Below, piece after piece: positions 20,732 through 29,280 of a stretch of DNA of 52,017 bases. The position numbers were made by a program, and so were the translations under genes. The stretch lies in sequence record SRR2962707_859. One strand, given 5' to 3'. A model generated the notes under the pieces. It did no database searches, was not told the DNA's origin, and saw only the letters and a list, made by a program, of their open reading frames with translations. Within the stretch, counting starts at the first letter, position 1. Each line of letters begins with the position of its first letter.

Positions 20732-20971
20732 TTACTTGATCACCATGCCATTGGCACGTGCTTGCTTTAGCACAGAAGTGATGCCATTTTTATTGATGGT
20801 TCTTAATGCTGAAGTAGATACTTTCAAAGTAATCCACTTATCTTCCTCAGGGATGTAAAATCTCTTCTTCTGAAGATTCGGATTGAATCTTCTTTTGGTT
20901 TTATTATTCGAGTGAGAAACGTTGTTTCCTACTTGAGGTCTCTTACCGGTTATATCGCAAACTTTTGACAT
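20732..20971 (-). CDS. rpmB: 50S ribosomal protein L28
   Basis: [34 protein letters not shown]. Confidence 0.98.
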   Translation of the reverse strand: MSKVCDITGKRPQVGNNVSHSNNKTKRRFNPNLQKKRFYIPEEDKWITLKVSTSALRTINKNGITSVLKQARANGMVIK

Positions 20972-21000
20972 CTTTCTCGTCCGTTTTCAAAAATGGAGTG

Positions 21001-21031
21001 CAAATATCGGGATTTCAATCCAATATGCAAA
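21001..21031 (-). promoter_or_regulatory. Promoter upstream of rpmB
   Basis: Minus strand TTTG, 19-nt spacer, GATATTTG (one mismatch to TAnnTTTG). Confidence 0.6.
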
Positions 21032-21234
21032 CTATCGCTTGACATTTTCGTGATTATATGGACAATGGAGACAGGCGTTCCCGCAACAATAGCCTCTTTT
21101 CAGATGATATTGCTCAGTGAACACCATTAATCCGGCTTTATTAATATAGTAGTCTTCAGGTTGTAAGGACATTTTATATTGTGCCTCAAAGGCGAAATGA
21201 TTATTCTTGCAATCGACAGATAAACAGCAAAATT

Positions 21235-22512
21235 ATGATAGAAAACAAAACCCTTTCCAGTGAGGAATTAATCAGCTTAGAAGATAAGCATGGAGCGCAC
21301 AATTACCATCCGCTTCCGGTTGTTCTCGCCAAAGGTGATGGCGTGCATGTGTGGGATGTAGAAGGAAAGCAATATTATGATTTTCTATCTGCATACTCAG
21401 CAGTAAATCAAGGGCACTGCCATCCGGCAATTGTTGGCGCAATGACCAGGCAAGCTGAGACACTAACACTTACTTCGCGGGCTTTTTACAATGATGCACT
21501 AGGGCCCTATGAAAAGTTCATTACCGAGTATTTTGGCTTTGACAAAGTATTGCCAATGAATACAGGCGCTGAAGCTGTTGAAACAGCCATAAAGATTTGC
21601 CGTAAGTGGGCATACGAAAAGAAAGGCATTCCGGAGAATCAGGCTCAAATCATTGTGGCTGATAACAATTTCCATGGTAGAACAACTACTATTGTGTCCT
21701 TCTCAAGCGACAACACTGCCAGCACCAACTTTGGTCCCTATACACCGGGGTTTATCAATATTGAATATGATAACCTTGATCAGTTGGAGGAAGTGATTAA
21801 AGGTTCGAATGTTGCCGGATTCCTGATTGAACCCATTCAGGGTGAGGCCGGCGTGATGGTTCCCCAGGAAAACTATATTAAAAAAGCTAAGAAGCTTTGC
21901 GAAAAGTACAATGTGCTTTTACTCGCCGATGAAGTCCAGACAGGAATTGGGAGAACTGGTGCGCTACTAAGAGTATGTGGCGATTGCACATGCGAAGGGC
22001 ATTGTGAAAAACAAGAAACGTATACTGCTCCGGACGTTCTAATCCTTGGTAAAGCACTCTCTGGTGGAGCTTATCCGGTATCTGCTGTGCTAGCGAATGA
22101 CAATGTTATGGATGTTATCCAGCCAGGCACCCACGGATCTACTTTCGGAGGTAATCCCGTTGCAGGAGCAGTCGGAATAGCTGCATTAAACGTGATTCGA
22201 GATGAAAAGCTCACCCAAAACGCAAGAAGACTAGGTGAAATTTTTAGAGATCGGATGAACAAGATGATCGAGAAAACAGACCTTGTGAAGCTGGTCAGAG
22301 GAAAAGGCCTTCTTAATGCCATTGTAATTAATGACTCAGAAGGCAGCTCAACAGCCTGGGATATCTGTATCAAGCTTAGAGATAATGGCCTGCTGGCCAA
22401 GCCCACTCATGGCAACATCATCCGATTTGCTCCACCGTTAGTGATGACTGAAGAGCAGCTTCATGATTGCTGCGATATCATAGAAAAGACGATTATGGAG
22501 TTTAAGAAGTAA
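21235..22512 (+). CDS. rocD: Ornithine--oxo-acid aminotransferase
   Basis: GAHNYHPLPVV, FLSAYSAVNQGHCHP, MNTGAEAVE, EPIQGEAG, DEVQTG, LGKALSGG, HGSTFGGNP. Start moved to ATG 21235. Confidence 0.95.
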   Translation: MIENKTLSSEELISLEDKHGAHNYHPLPVVLAKGDGVHVWDVEGKQYYDFLSAYSAVNQGHCHPAIVGAMTRQAETLTLTSRAFYNDALGPYEKFITEYFGFDKVLPMNTGAEAVETAIKICRKWAYEKKGIPENQAQIIVADNNFHGRTTTIVSFSSDNTASTNFGPYTPGFINIEYDNLDQLEEVIKGSNVAGFLIEPIQGEAGVMVPQENYIKKAKKLCEKYNVLLLADEVQTGIGRTGALLRVCGDCTCEGHCEKQETYTAPDVLILGKALSGGAYPVSAVLANDNVMDVIQPGTHGSTFGGNPVAGAVGIAALNVIRDEKLTQNARRLGEIFRDRMNKMIEKTDLVKLVRGKGLLNAIVINDSEGSSTAWDICIKLRDNGLLAKPTHGNIIRFAPPLVMTEEQLHDCCDIIEKTIMEFKK

Positions 22513-22538
22513 AAAAACTCTCATTGATCGAAAACCTC

Positions 22539-22574
22539 AAAAGCGGATGTCTGTAAAAGGCATTCGCTTTTTTT
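22539..22574 (+). terminator. Intrinsic terminator after rocD
   Basis: AAAAGCGGATGTCT-GTAAA-AGGCATTCGCTTTT plus a T run. Confidence 0.8.
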
Positions 22575-22603
22575 ATTTTAGCTGTACCTAAACCAACCTT
22601 ACG

Positions 22604-24580
22604 ATGAGACTACTGGCCTTCCTATCGCTGTTCATCTTTGTGATTTCCCAAATTTTATCTCAAACTAATCTAATCGATAGCTTAGAAAGAAAAATACAAG
22701 ATGCTGAGGTAGATACAACCAAGATTAACCTGTATATAAGATTACATGATGAACTCAGGCTCTCTGACTTCAATAAAGCAGCAAAAATTGCAAGAGTATC
22801 ATACAAATTATCACAGCAAATCAACTGGCCAAAAGGAATTGCCACAACAGGAAGAAATTTTGGAATTGCTTTAAATCTTTTGGGAAAGTACGACTCAGCT
22901 GAATTGGTTTTAAATGAAGCAATAAATAGTTCCAAGGATGTAGGTGACATTTCAAATGTCGGTTATTGCTATATGACGCTCGGAAACATCCAGTATGATC
23001 AAACCAACTACGATGAAGCGTTGAAATTCTACTTTAAATCCTTAGAGACATATGAGCCAATCGAAAACTATGTTGGAATGTCATCCGCAATGATTTGGAT
23101 TGGCATCATTTATCAATATGCAAAATCAGATTATGAAGCGGCAATCGATACATATATGGACGCCCTCAAGTATAGTGATCTTGGGAATTCAACCCTCAAC
23201 AAAAGTTATATCTACAGTAATCTAGCAACGATCTATTACAATGAATACGAGTACGATTCTGCCTTAAGTTATTATCAGAAATCACATGAAATAAAGAAAC
23301 AGTTTAATGATCAGCGAGGAATTGGCAATGACTACAACAACATCGGCAATGTATGGTATGAACTAAAAAAGTATGATAGTGCACTTTTCAATTACGAAAA
23401 AAGCCTAAGCATAAGAAGGGAAATGAATGATCAAACCGGAGTTGCGTCAGCATTGATCAATATGGGTAAGGTATATGCTGATTTGGAATTGACAACCGAA
23501 GCTCAACAAAAGCTCATGGAAGGTTACAATATAGCAAAAGAAGTCGGGTACAAGGAAGCGTGGCAACAAGCTTCATTATTATTAAGTATGCTTTTTGAAA
23601 AACAAAATCAATTCAAAAATGCCCTGACCTATCATAAAGAATACAAAGCAGTAAGCGATTCCATATTCAATTCAGAGAGTGATCGATCAATAACTGAACT
23701 TAAAACCCAGTACGAAACGGAGAAAAAAGAGCAGCAAATCGAATTACAGGAGGCGCAACTAGCAGAACAAGAAGCGACTATTTCCCGAAACCGACTTGCA
23801 TTATTTGCTTCCTTCACAGCACTTGTTTTGCTTATCATTATTGGAGCCCTGTGGAGAAACCGAATTCGTAAAAAGCAGCAGTTGAAGTTGCAGGAAGCTA
23901 AGCTTGAGGCAAGAGAAGCAGAAATCAACGCCACCATTTCATCCCAGGAAAAAGAACGGGCGCGATATGCCCGCGATCTGCATGATGGATTTGGTCAAAT
24001 GATCTCCATTTTGAACATGAACCTTAAAAACCTTAACAGTGACACAAGGCCAGATGAAAGACATAAAGTATTCGAAGCTTCCGCACAGGTAATTGATGAC
24101 ATGTATAGTGAGCTCAAAAACATTTGTTTTGACCTCATGCCGCAAACATTAATCAAGCATGGCCTGGAGAGTGCCCTAAAAGAGTTTTCAGATCGTATTA
24201 ATCAGACAGGAAATATATCTATTGAACTCAACATTTTTGGACTTGATCAACGTCTGGAAGAGGTTCAGGAAATCTCACTATATCGCATTTCACAGGAGTG
24301 GATCAACAATATCATAAAATATTCCAATGCTGATAAAGTCACACTACAAATCACTAAAGATGAAACAGAAATCACGCTACTAATTGAAGACAATGGCAGT
24401 GGATTTGATAAAAACCTACTGATATCCGGTAAAGGAAATGGCTGGAAAAACCTCAATACTCGTTCAAACCTGATACAGGGAACTCTTGAATTGGAAACAG
24501 CGCCCGGAAAAAAAGGAAATGTACTGATTATAAACGCTCCGGGTGCCTTGAAGGTCAAGCAGGAAGAGGTAGTGGCCTAA
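22604..24580 (+). CDS. TPR sensor histidine kinase (HisKA_3/NarX-like core), copy 1
   Basis: Signal-like N-terminus, many TPRs, TM, ER.RYARDLHDGFGQ, QEWINNIIKYS, EDNGSGFD. Confidence 0.92.
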   Translation: MRLLAFLSLFIFVISQILSQTNLIDSLERKIQDAEVDTTKINLYIRLHDELRLSDFNKAAKIARVSYKLSQQINWPKGIATTGRNFGIALNLLGKYDSAELVLNEAINSSKDVGDISNVGYCYMTLGNIQYDQTNYDEALKFYFKSLETYEPIENYVGMSSAMIWIGIIYQYAKSDYEAAIDTYMDALKYSDLGNSTLNKSYIYSNLATIYYNEYEYDSALSYYQKSHEIKKQFNDQRGIGNDYNNIGNVWYELKKYDSALFNYEKSLSIRREMNDQTGVASALINMGKVYADLELTTEAQQKLMEGYNIAKEVGYKEAWQQASLLLSMLFEKQNQFKNALTYHKEYKAVSDSIFNSESDRSITELKTQYETEKKEQQIELQEAQLAEQEATISRNRLALFASFTALVLLIIIGALWRNRIRKKQQLKLQEAKLEAREAEINATISSQEKERARYARDLHDGFGQMISILNMNLKNLNSDTRPDERHKVFEASAQVIDDMYSELKNICFDLMPQTLIKHGLESALKEFSDRINQTGNISIELNIFGLDQRLEEVQEISLYRISQEWINNIIKYSNADKVTLQITKDETEITLLIEDNGSGFDKNLLISGKGNGWKNLNTRSNLIQGTLELETAPGKKGNVLIINAPGALKVKQEEVVA

Positions 24581-24669
24581 ATAAGCACGATAATCCTTAA
24601 ATACGCCTATTTAGACGAAAAGGCCTACAGGTAGTTCCTTTCCAACCATTATTTTGCCAAATTAGATGG

Positions 24670-26460
24670 ATGAAACCAACAGCCTTAGTCACCTTTTTGG
24701 TTTTATCTGTAGGACTTTATGCTCAAAAAATTGATCAGGAACTACTTAAACAAGTAGCTGAGGTTCGAAAGACCGATTGTGATAGTGCGCTATCCATTCT
24801 TCCCCAAAACCAAATAACTTCCTTAACCAAAGATGAGATCAAAGCTCAAGCATACTTAGAGCTCGGATATACACATTATTGCTTAGGCAATTTTGATGAT
24901 GCCCTGAAAAACTACCAACTCTCCCTGGATCTTTTTAAAGCTCTGGATTCAAAAACAAAACCAGCAGAAATACTCAACTTGATTGGCACGCTTCAAAAAA
25001 AACAGGACGATTTTGATCTGGCTGAGCAATATTTCAACGAAGGACTTGAATATGCGATTAGCAAAAACGATTCGCTTGGCATTGGAAATAGCCTTAACAA
25101 TATCGGGGTGATGCTTTTCCAGCAAGAGAGATTTGAAGAATCTCTCAAATACTACTTACAGTCCACTGCTGTGAAATCAGCGATTGGGGACACAATTGGC
25201 TTAAGCTATAATTATGACAATCTCGGGATGAATTATAGCAAACTCGAGATCTATGATAGTGCTCAATTTTATTTTGGGCTAGCAGCTGAATATAAGCTAC
25301 TCATTGGAGATAAACTTGGATATGGTATTGTGAAAAACAATACCGGTGAAATGTTGATGGAGCTCGGTGAATTCAACAACGCTGAAGTATTCTTCAAGGA
25401 AGCATTAGAGATCGCAAGGGAGGTATCTTATCCTGATTTTGAGCGCCACATTCTCGGAATGCTTTCAAAACTAAAAGAGCAGAAGGGAAATTATAAGGAA
25501 GCCCTGAGCTTTTACAAAGATCATATTAAGGTAAAAGACAGTCTATTCAATGAAAGAAAAAGCCAACAAGTAGCTGAGCTTGAAACGAAATATCAGACCG
25601 AGAAAAAAGAAGCAGAGATTCAGACACAAAAAGCAGAGATTCAGCAAAAAAACTTTCTTTTGATTGGGGCTGCCGGAGCTATTTTATTGCTTGGTCTTTT
25701 TTTCATTCAAAACAGGCAGAGGCTTAAACTTAAGGCTGAAAAATTAGTGGAAGAACACAAGCGACTGGCTCGCGAGGCTGAAATACGTGCAGCTATTGCC
25801 TCGCAGGAAAAAGAGCGGTCCAGATATGCCAGAGACCTTCACGATGGGTTTGGGCAGATGATTTCCATACTTAATATGAATTTGCAGAATCTGCAAAAAG
25901 GAGCCAAGCCCAATGAACGTCAAAAGGTGTTTGAAGAATCCTCAAAGGTGATTGACGATATGTATCATGAGCTTAAAAACATTTGCTTTGATTTAATGCC
26001 GCAAACCTTAATTAAAAAGGGGTTGGAAAGTGCGCTTAAAGAGTTCGTTGATCGAGTGAATCACACCGGAAAAATCTTTATAGAGTTAAATGTGTTTGGT
26101 TTAAAAAATCGACTTTCAGAAGTGCAGGAAATTTCACTTTATCGCATTTCGCAAGAGTGGATCAACAACATCCTTAAGTATTCAAATGCTACTAAAGTGA
26201 CCTTGCAAATCACAAAAGATGATGATGAAATCACACTCCTTATCGAAGACGATGGTACCGGGTTTGATAAAAAACTCCTTATCTCCGGAAAAGGAAATGG
26301 CTGGAAAAACCTCAATACCAGAGCCAACCTCATTAAGGGAGAAATCGAGTTAGAAACCCATCCGGGAGCAAAGGGAAATACATTAATCATCAATGCGCCA
26401 GCATACACTGAATCACCAGAAGCCGATGAAGTAGAGCAAAATACCATGGAGGTGGTATAG
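24670..26460 (+). CDS. TPR sensor histidine kinase (HisKA_3/NarX-like core), copy 2
   Basis: Same architecture; kinase core closely similar to copy 1. Confidence 0.92.
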   Translation: MKPTALVTFLVLSVGLYAQKIDQELLKQVAEVRKTDCDSALSILPQNQITSLTKDEIKAQAYLELGYTHYCLGNFDDALKNYQLSLDLFKALDSKTKPAEILNLIGTLQKKQDDFDLAEQYFNEGLEYAISKNDSLGIGNSLNNIGVMLFQQERFEESLKYYLQSTAVKSAIGDTIGLSYNYDNLGMNYSKLEIYDSAQFYFGLAAEYKLLIGDKLGYGIVKNNTGEMLMELGEFNNAEVFFKEALEIAREVSYPDFERHILGMLSKLKEQKGNYKEALSFYKDHIKVKDSLFNERKSQQVAELETKYQTEKKEAEIQTQKAEIQQKNFLLIGAAGAILLLGLFFIQNRQRLKLKAEKLVEEHKRLAREAEIRAAIASQEKERSRYARDLHDGFGQMISILNMNLQNLQKGAKPNERQKVFEESSKVIDDMYHELKNICFDLMPQTLIKKGLESALKEFVDRVNHTGKIFIELNVFGLKNRLSEVQEISLYRISQEWINNILKYSNATKVTLQITKDDDEITLLIEDDGTGFDKKLLISGKGNGWKNLNTRANLIKGEIELETHPGAKGNTLIINAPAYTESPEADEVEQNTMEVV

Positions 26461-26564
26461 CTTCCGTTGTATTCCTTTCCCTTCTTTGACTTCAAATATT
26501 TTGAAGCTTAGAGGGAAAACGAATGAATTTGCTATCTTTCATTGGCAGAGACAAACCTGCCAAA

Positions 26565-27182
26565 ATGAAAATTTTTCTAACCGACGATCATGCAGTTCTC
26601 CTGGGAGGACTGATTAAAATTCTTTCTGCAGAGGATGATCTGGAAATAGTTGGCTCGGCAGGTACGGTTAAAGAAACCCTTGATGAGCTCACACAGAAAA
26701 ATGTCGACCTCTTAATTACCGATTATAACCTACCGGACGATGATGGACTCACGCTGGTCCGAAGAGTAAAACAAAAATATCCTGAAATCAATATCATCGT
26801 TCTCAGCATGCACGATGAAGCTCATTTGATAAAGGAAATTCTGAAAGAAGGCATTAATGGATACATACTAAAAAAAGACTCCCATGAGGAATTGGTCAGT
26901 GCGGTCAGGGCAGTAAAAAATGGAAAAGTTTATCTCAGTTCAGATGTAAACACTATGCTCATGAAAGGTCTGAATGGAACAGAAGAGCAAAAGCTTTTAA
27001 CCGATCGTGAACGGGAAATCTTGAAACTCATCGCCAAAGAATACACCAACAGGCAAATGGCCGAGGAGCTATTTATCAGTGAGCGAACAGTGGAAACACA
27101 CCGAAAAAACATCTTCAGAAAGACAGGAACCAACAACCTTGTAGGCCTGATCAAATTCGCCTACGCAAACAACCTCATTTAA
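26565..27182 (+). CDS. NarL/LuxR-family response regulator
   Basis: Start MKIFLTDDH; receiver Asp in LITDYNLP; LTDREREIL...FISERTVETHRKNI helix-turn-helix. Confidence 0.95.
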   Translation: MKIFLTDDHAVLLGGLIKILSAEDDLEIVGSAGTVKETLDELTQKNVDLLITDYNLPDDDGLTLVRRVKQKYPEINIIVLSMHDEAHLIKEILKEGINGYILKKDSHEELVSAVRAVKNGKVYLSSDVNTMLMKGLNGTEEQKLLTDREREILKLIAKEYTNRQMAEELFISERTVETHRKNIFRKTGTNNLVGLIKFAYANNLI

Positions 27183-27297
27183 GCTTCATCTACGGGTTTC
27201 ACGGTATATAAATATCCCACACTGAGTGGATTCCATCGGATGGATTATTCGCCAAACTTTGAATCGAAAATTAACCGCGAATAAACTTCGATCCGAC

Positions 27298-29211
27298 ATG
27301 AAACATTTATTAAAAACTATTTTAGGTCTACTGCTAATGGTGACCTTTATCCACGCAAAATCACAGGATGCTCTCTGGCAGCTAGATTTTGATGATGAAG
27401 TAGAATGGCAAAACTCGACTGAAAGTGGAATCCTTTTGGTGGGAACCAAAGATTTTACCCTTCATGGCATTGACAGCCGTGATGGTAACATTCTATGGTC
27501 CAGTGAGGCGTTCGAGCAAGCCAAAAAAATGAAAGGTCCTGATGGGAAGAAAGTAGAAGCTAAGTATGCGTTCGAAAACTTCATCCGTGTGCTGAGCGAT
27601 GATGAATATCCTGAAGTATCCGATTACATTGAACTTAAATTTACCGATGGATATCAGTACAAGCAGTACGCTGTTATCAATATCCAAACCGGTGAAGAAG
27701 TAATCAGCCCGAAGATTGCTGAGATGCCAATTACGAAAGTTCCATTTTTCGGTGAAATGGCCACATTCAACTACAATGGAACTGGTTACATTCCTGCGTT
27801 AAGAATGGTAATTATTTCCACCACTTACGTGGATTACGAGCAAAAAGGAAACCCTACTGTCAACATTACAAAAATGGTAGATCTCCTTTCGCAAAAAATC
27901 ATCTGGACAAACGATGATATAGCCGTAAATGGTTTCCCGGCACTACTTGAAGATGGTGACATTGTGCTTCCTGGTACAACAAAAATTGCCAAGATGAATC
28001 CAAAAACAGGAGCTGTGAAATGGGAATACAACACAAGTGAAAAAAATCAGACCTTCGAAAGCTTCGACTTGAGCCTTGATTTGTCTTCCGGTTACTTCTT
28101 TGAAAAGAAGAAAAACAACGGAACACTATCAGCGCTTGATATGAATACTGGAAAGAAATTCTGGGAGCAGGATTTGAAGCTTAAAGAAGTGCCTGTAATG
28201 TCAGCAATGCGCGACGGTGTAGTTGTCATAGATGACAAATGGTTCACCATGTATGACCTAAATAACGGAAGTGTTAAATGGGAAGTGAAGAAAATTGATG
28301 GGTATGTTGTTGATCTTGGAGATAAAGGTATTCTTGCTACTTCCAAAGACAAGCAATTGATCCTTCTGAACAGAGAAAACGGCGAGGAAATATGGAATCA
28401 AAAAATCAAGGGAATTAACATAGATCAGGTTGCTGCTACTGGCATCATGTATTCCGATGACAAAAGTAGACTTGGTTATATCCAATTCGACGGAGAGTTG
28501 ATCTGGGATAAAAAAGGAATGCTCGAAGTACCTTCTCTGAGATACAAGCCTGAATTAACAAAAGAGTTGATGCTAATTGAGGGAGATCTTTATGAGGTTG
28601 ACCTACTAACCGGCGACTACAAAGTGCTACATAAAAACCTTTCCGGAAAATTTGATGGAGATGATGCAGCTCCGGAAAGTGTTCAATTAGTAGCAGGCGG
28701 ATACCTATTCTCTGATGCAAACAACCTCGTGATGCTGGAGACTGATGGTTCAGTTCGTTTCGATAAATATTGGGAAGCACCGGGAATGAGCCTTGCAGCT
28801 AAGATCGCACTAAGAGCCGCTCAAGCTTCTGTAATGGCAATGGGTGCTGCATCTCAAATGAAGTCCTCTCATATTGCTGCCAACTCTTACTACGGAGCAA
28901 ATGACTATTACAGTAAGATGTATGCTCAGCAGGCTGAGGACCTTTTCAATGCAGCTAGCATGGTAGGCTCAGAAGCCAAGAAAAAATTCCAGGCTTCAGT
29001 AACCAAAGGAGACATCCGAATGATCCTGACTCGTGTAGGTGAAGGAGGTCAGGGTAAAAGCTCCGGGCTAGTAAAAGTTGACCGAAGAACAGGTGAAGAA
29101 ATGGGAACACTTCTTCTTGGAGATAAAGATCCTGTTTATGATTTCGATCCTATCTCTGGCCAGGTTTTCTTCAAGTCTGACAAGAAACAAATCATTAGTT
29201 ATAGTTTCTAA
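27298..29211 (+). CDS. Exported PQQ/BamB-like beta-propeller protein
   Basis: Start MKHLLK (signal peptide); repeated D/N-x-x-[TD]G-x-x-x-W docking motifs. Confidence 0.8.
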   Translation: MKHLLKTILGLLLMVTFIHAKSQDALWQLDFDDEVEWQNSTESGILLVGTKDFTLHGIDSRDGNILWSSEAFEQAKKMKGPDGKKVEAKYAFENFIRVLSDDEYPEVSDYIELKFTDGYQYKQYAVINIQTGEEVISPKIAEMPITKVPFFGEMATFNYNGTGYIPALRMVIISTTYVDYEQKGNPTVNITKMVDLLSQKIIWTNDDIAVNGFPALLEDGDIVLPGTTKIAKMNPKTGAVKWEYNTSEKNQTFESFDLSLDLSSGYFFEKKKNNGTLSALDMNTGKKFWEQDLKLKEVPVMSAMRDGVVVIDDKWFTMYDLNNGSVKWEVKKIDGYVVDLGDKGILATSKDKQLILLNRENGEEIWNQKIKGINIDQVAATGIMYSDDKSRLGYIQFDGELIWDKKGMLEVPSLRYKPELTKELMLIEGDLYEVDLLTGDYKVLHKNLSGKFDGDDAAPESVQLVAGGYLFSDANNLVMLETDGSVRFDKYWEAPGMSLAAKIALRAAQASVMAMGAASQMKSSHIAANSYYGANDYYSKMYAQQAEDLFNAASMVGSEAKKKFQASVTKGDIRMILTRVGEGGQGKSSGLVKVDRRTGEEMGTLLLGDKDPVYDFDPISGQVFFKSDKKQIISYSF

Positions 29212-29226
29212 TTTCTCATAAGGTTC

Positions 29227-29262
29227 AGCGATCAGTCGTTTTGCGGCTGGTCGCTCTTATTT
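29227..29262 (+). terminator. Hairpin between the propeller and caspase genes
   Basis: AGCGATCAGTCG-TTTTG-CGGCTGGTCGCT followed by an interrupted T tract. Confidence 0.5.
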
Positions 29263-29280
29263 ATTCAAACCTCCACTGCC

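Noticed and set aside
21040-21234. Possible structured RNA leader upstream of rocD
   Set aside because: Only short weak stems (e.g. GCCT-CAA-AGGC); no riboswitch consensus recognised. An Rfam/covariance search would be needed.
25606-25645. Short repeat AAGCAGAGATTCAG x2 in kinase 2
   Set aside because: It encodes heptads of the pre-TM coiled coil, a common feature.
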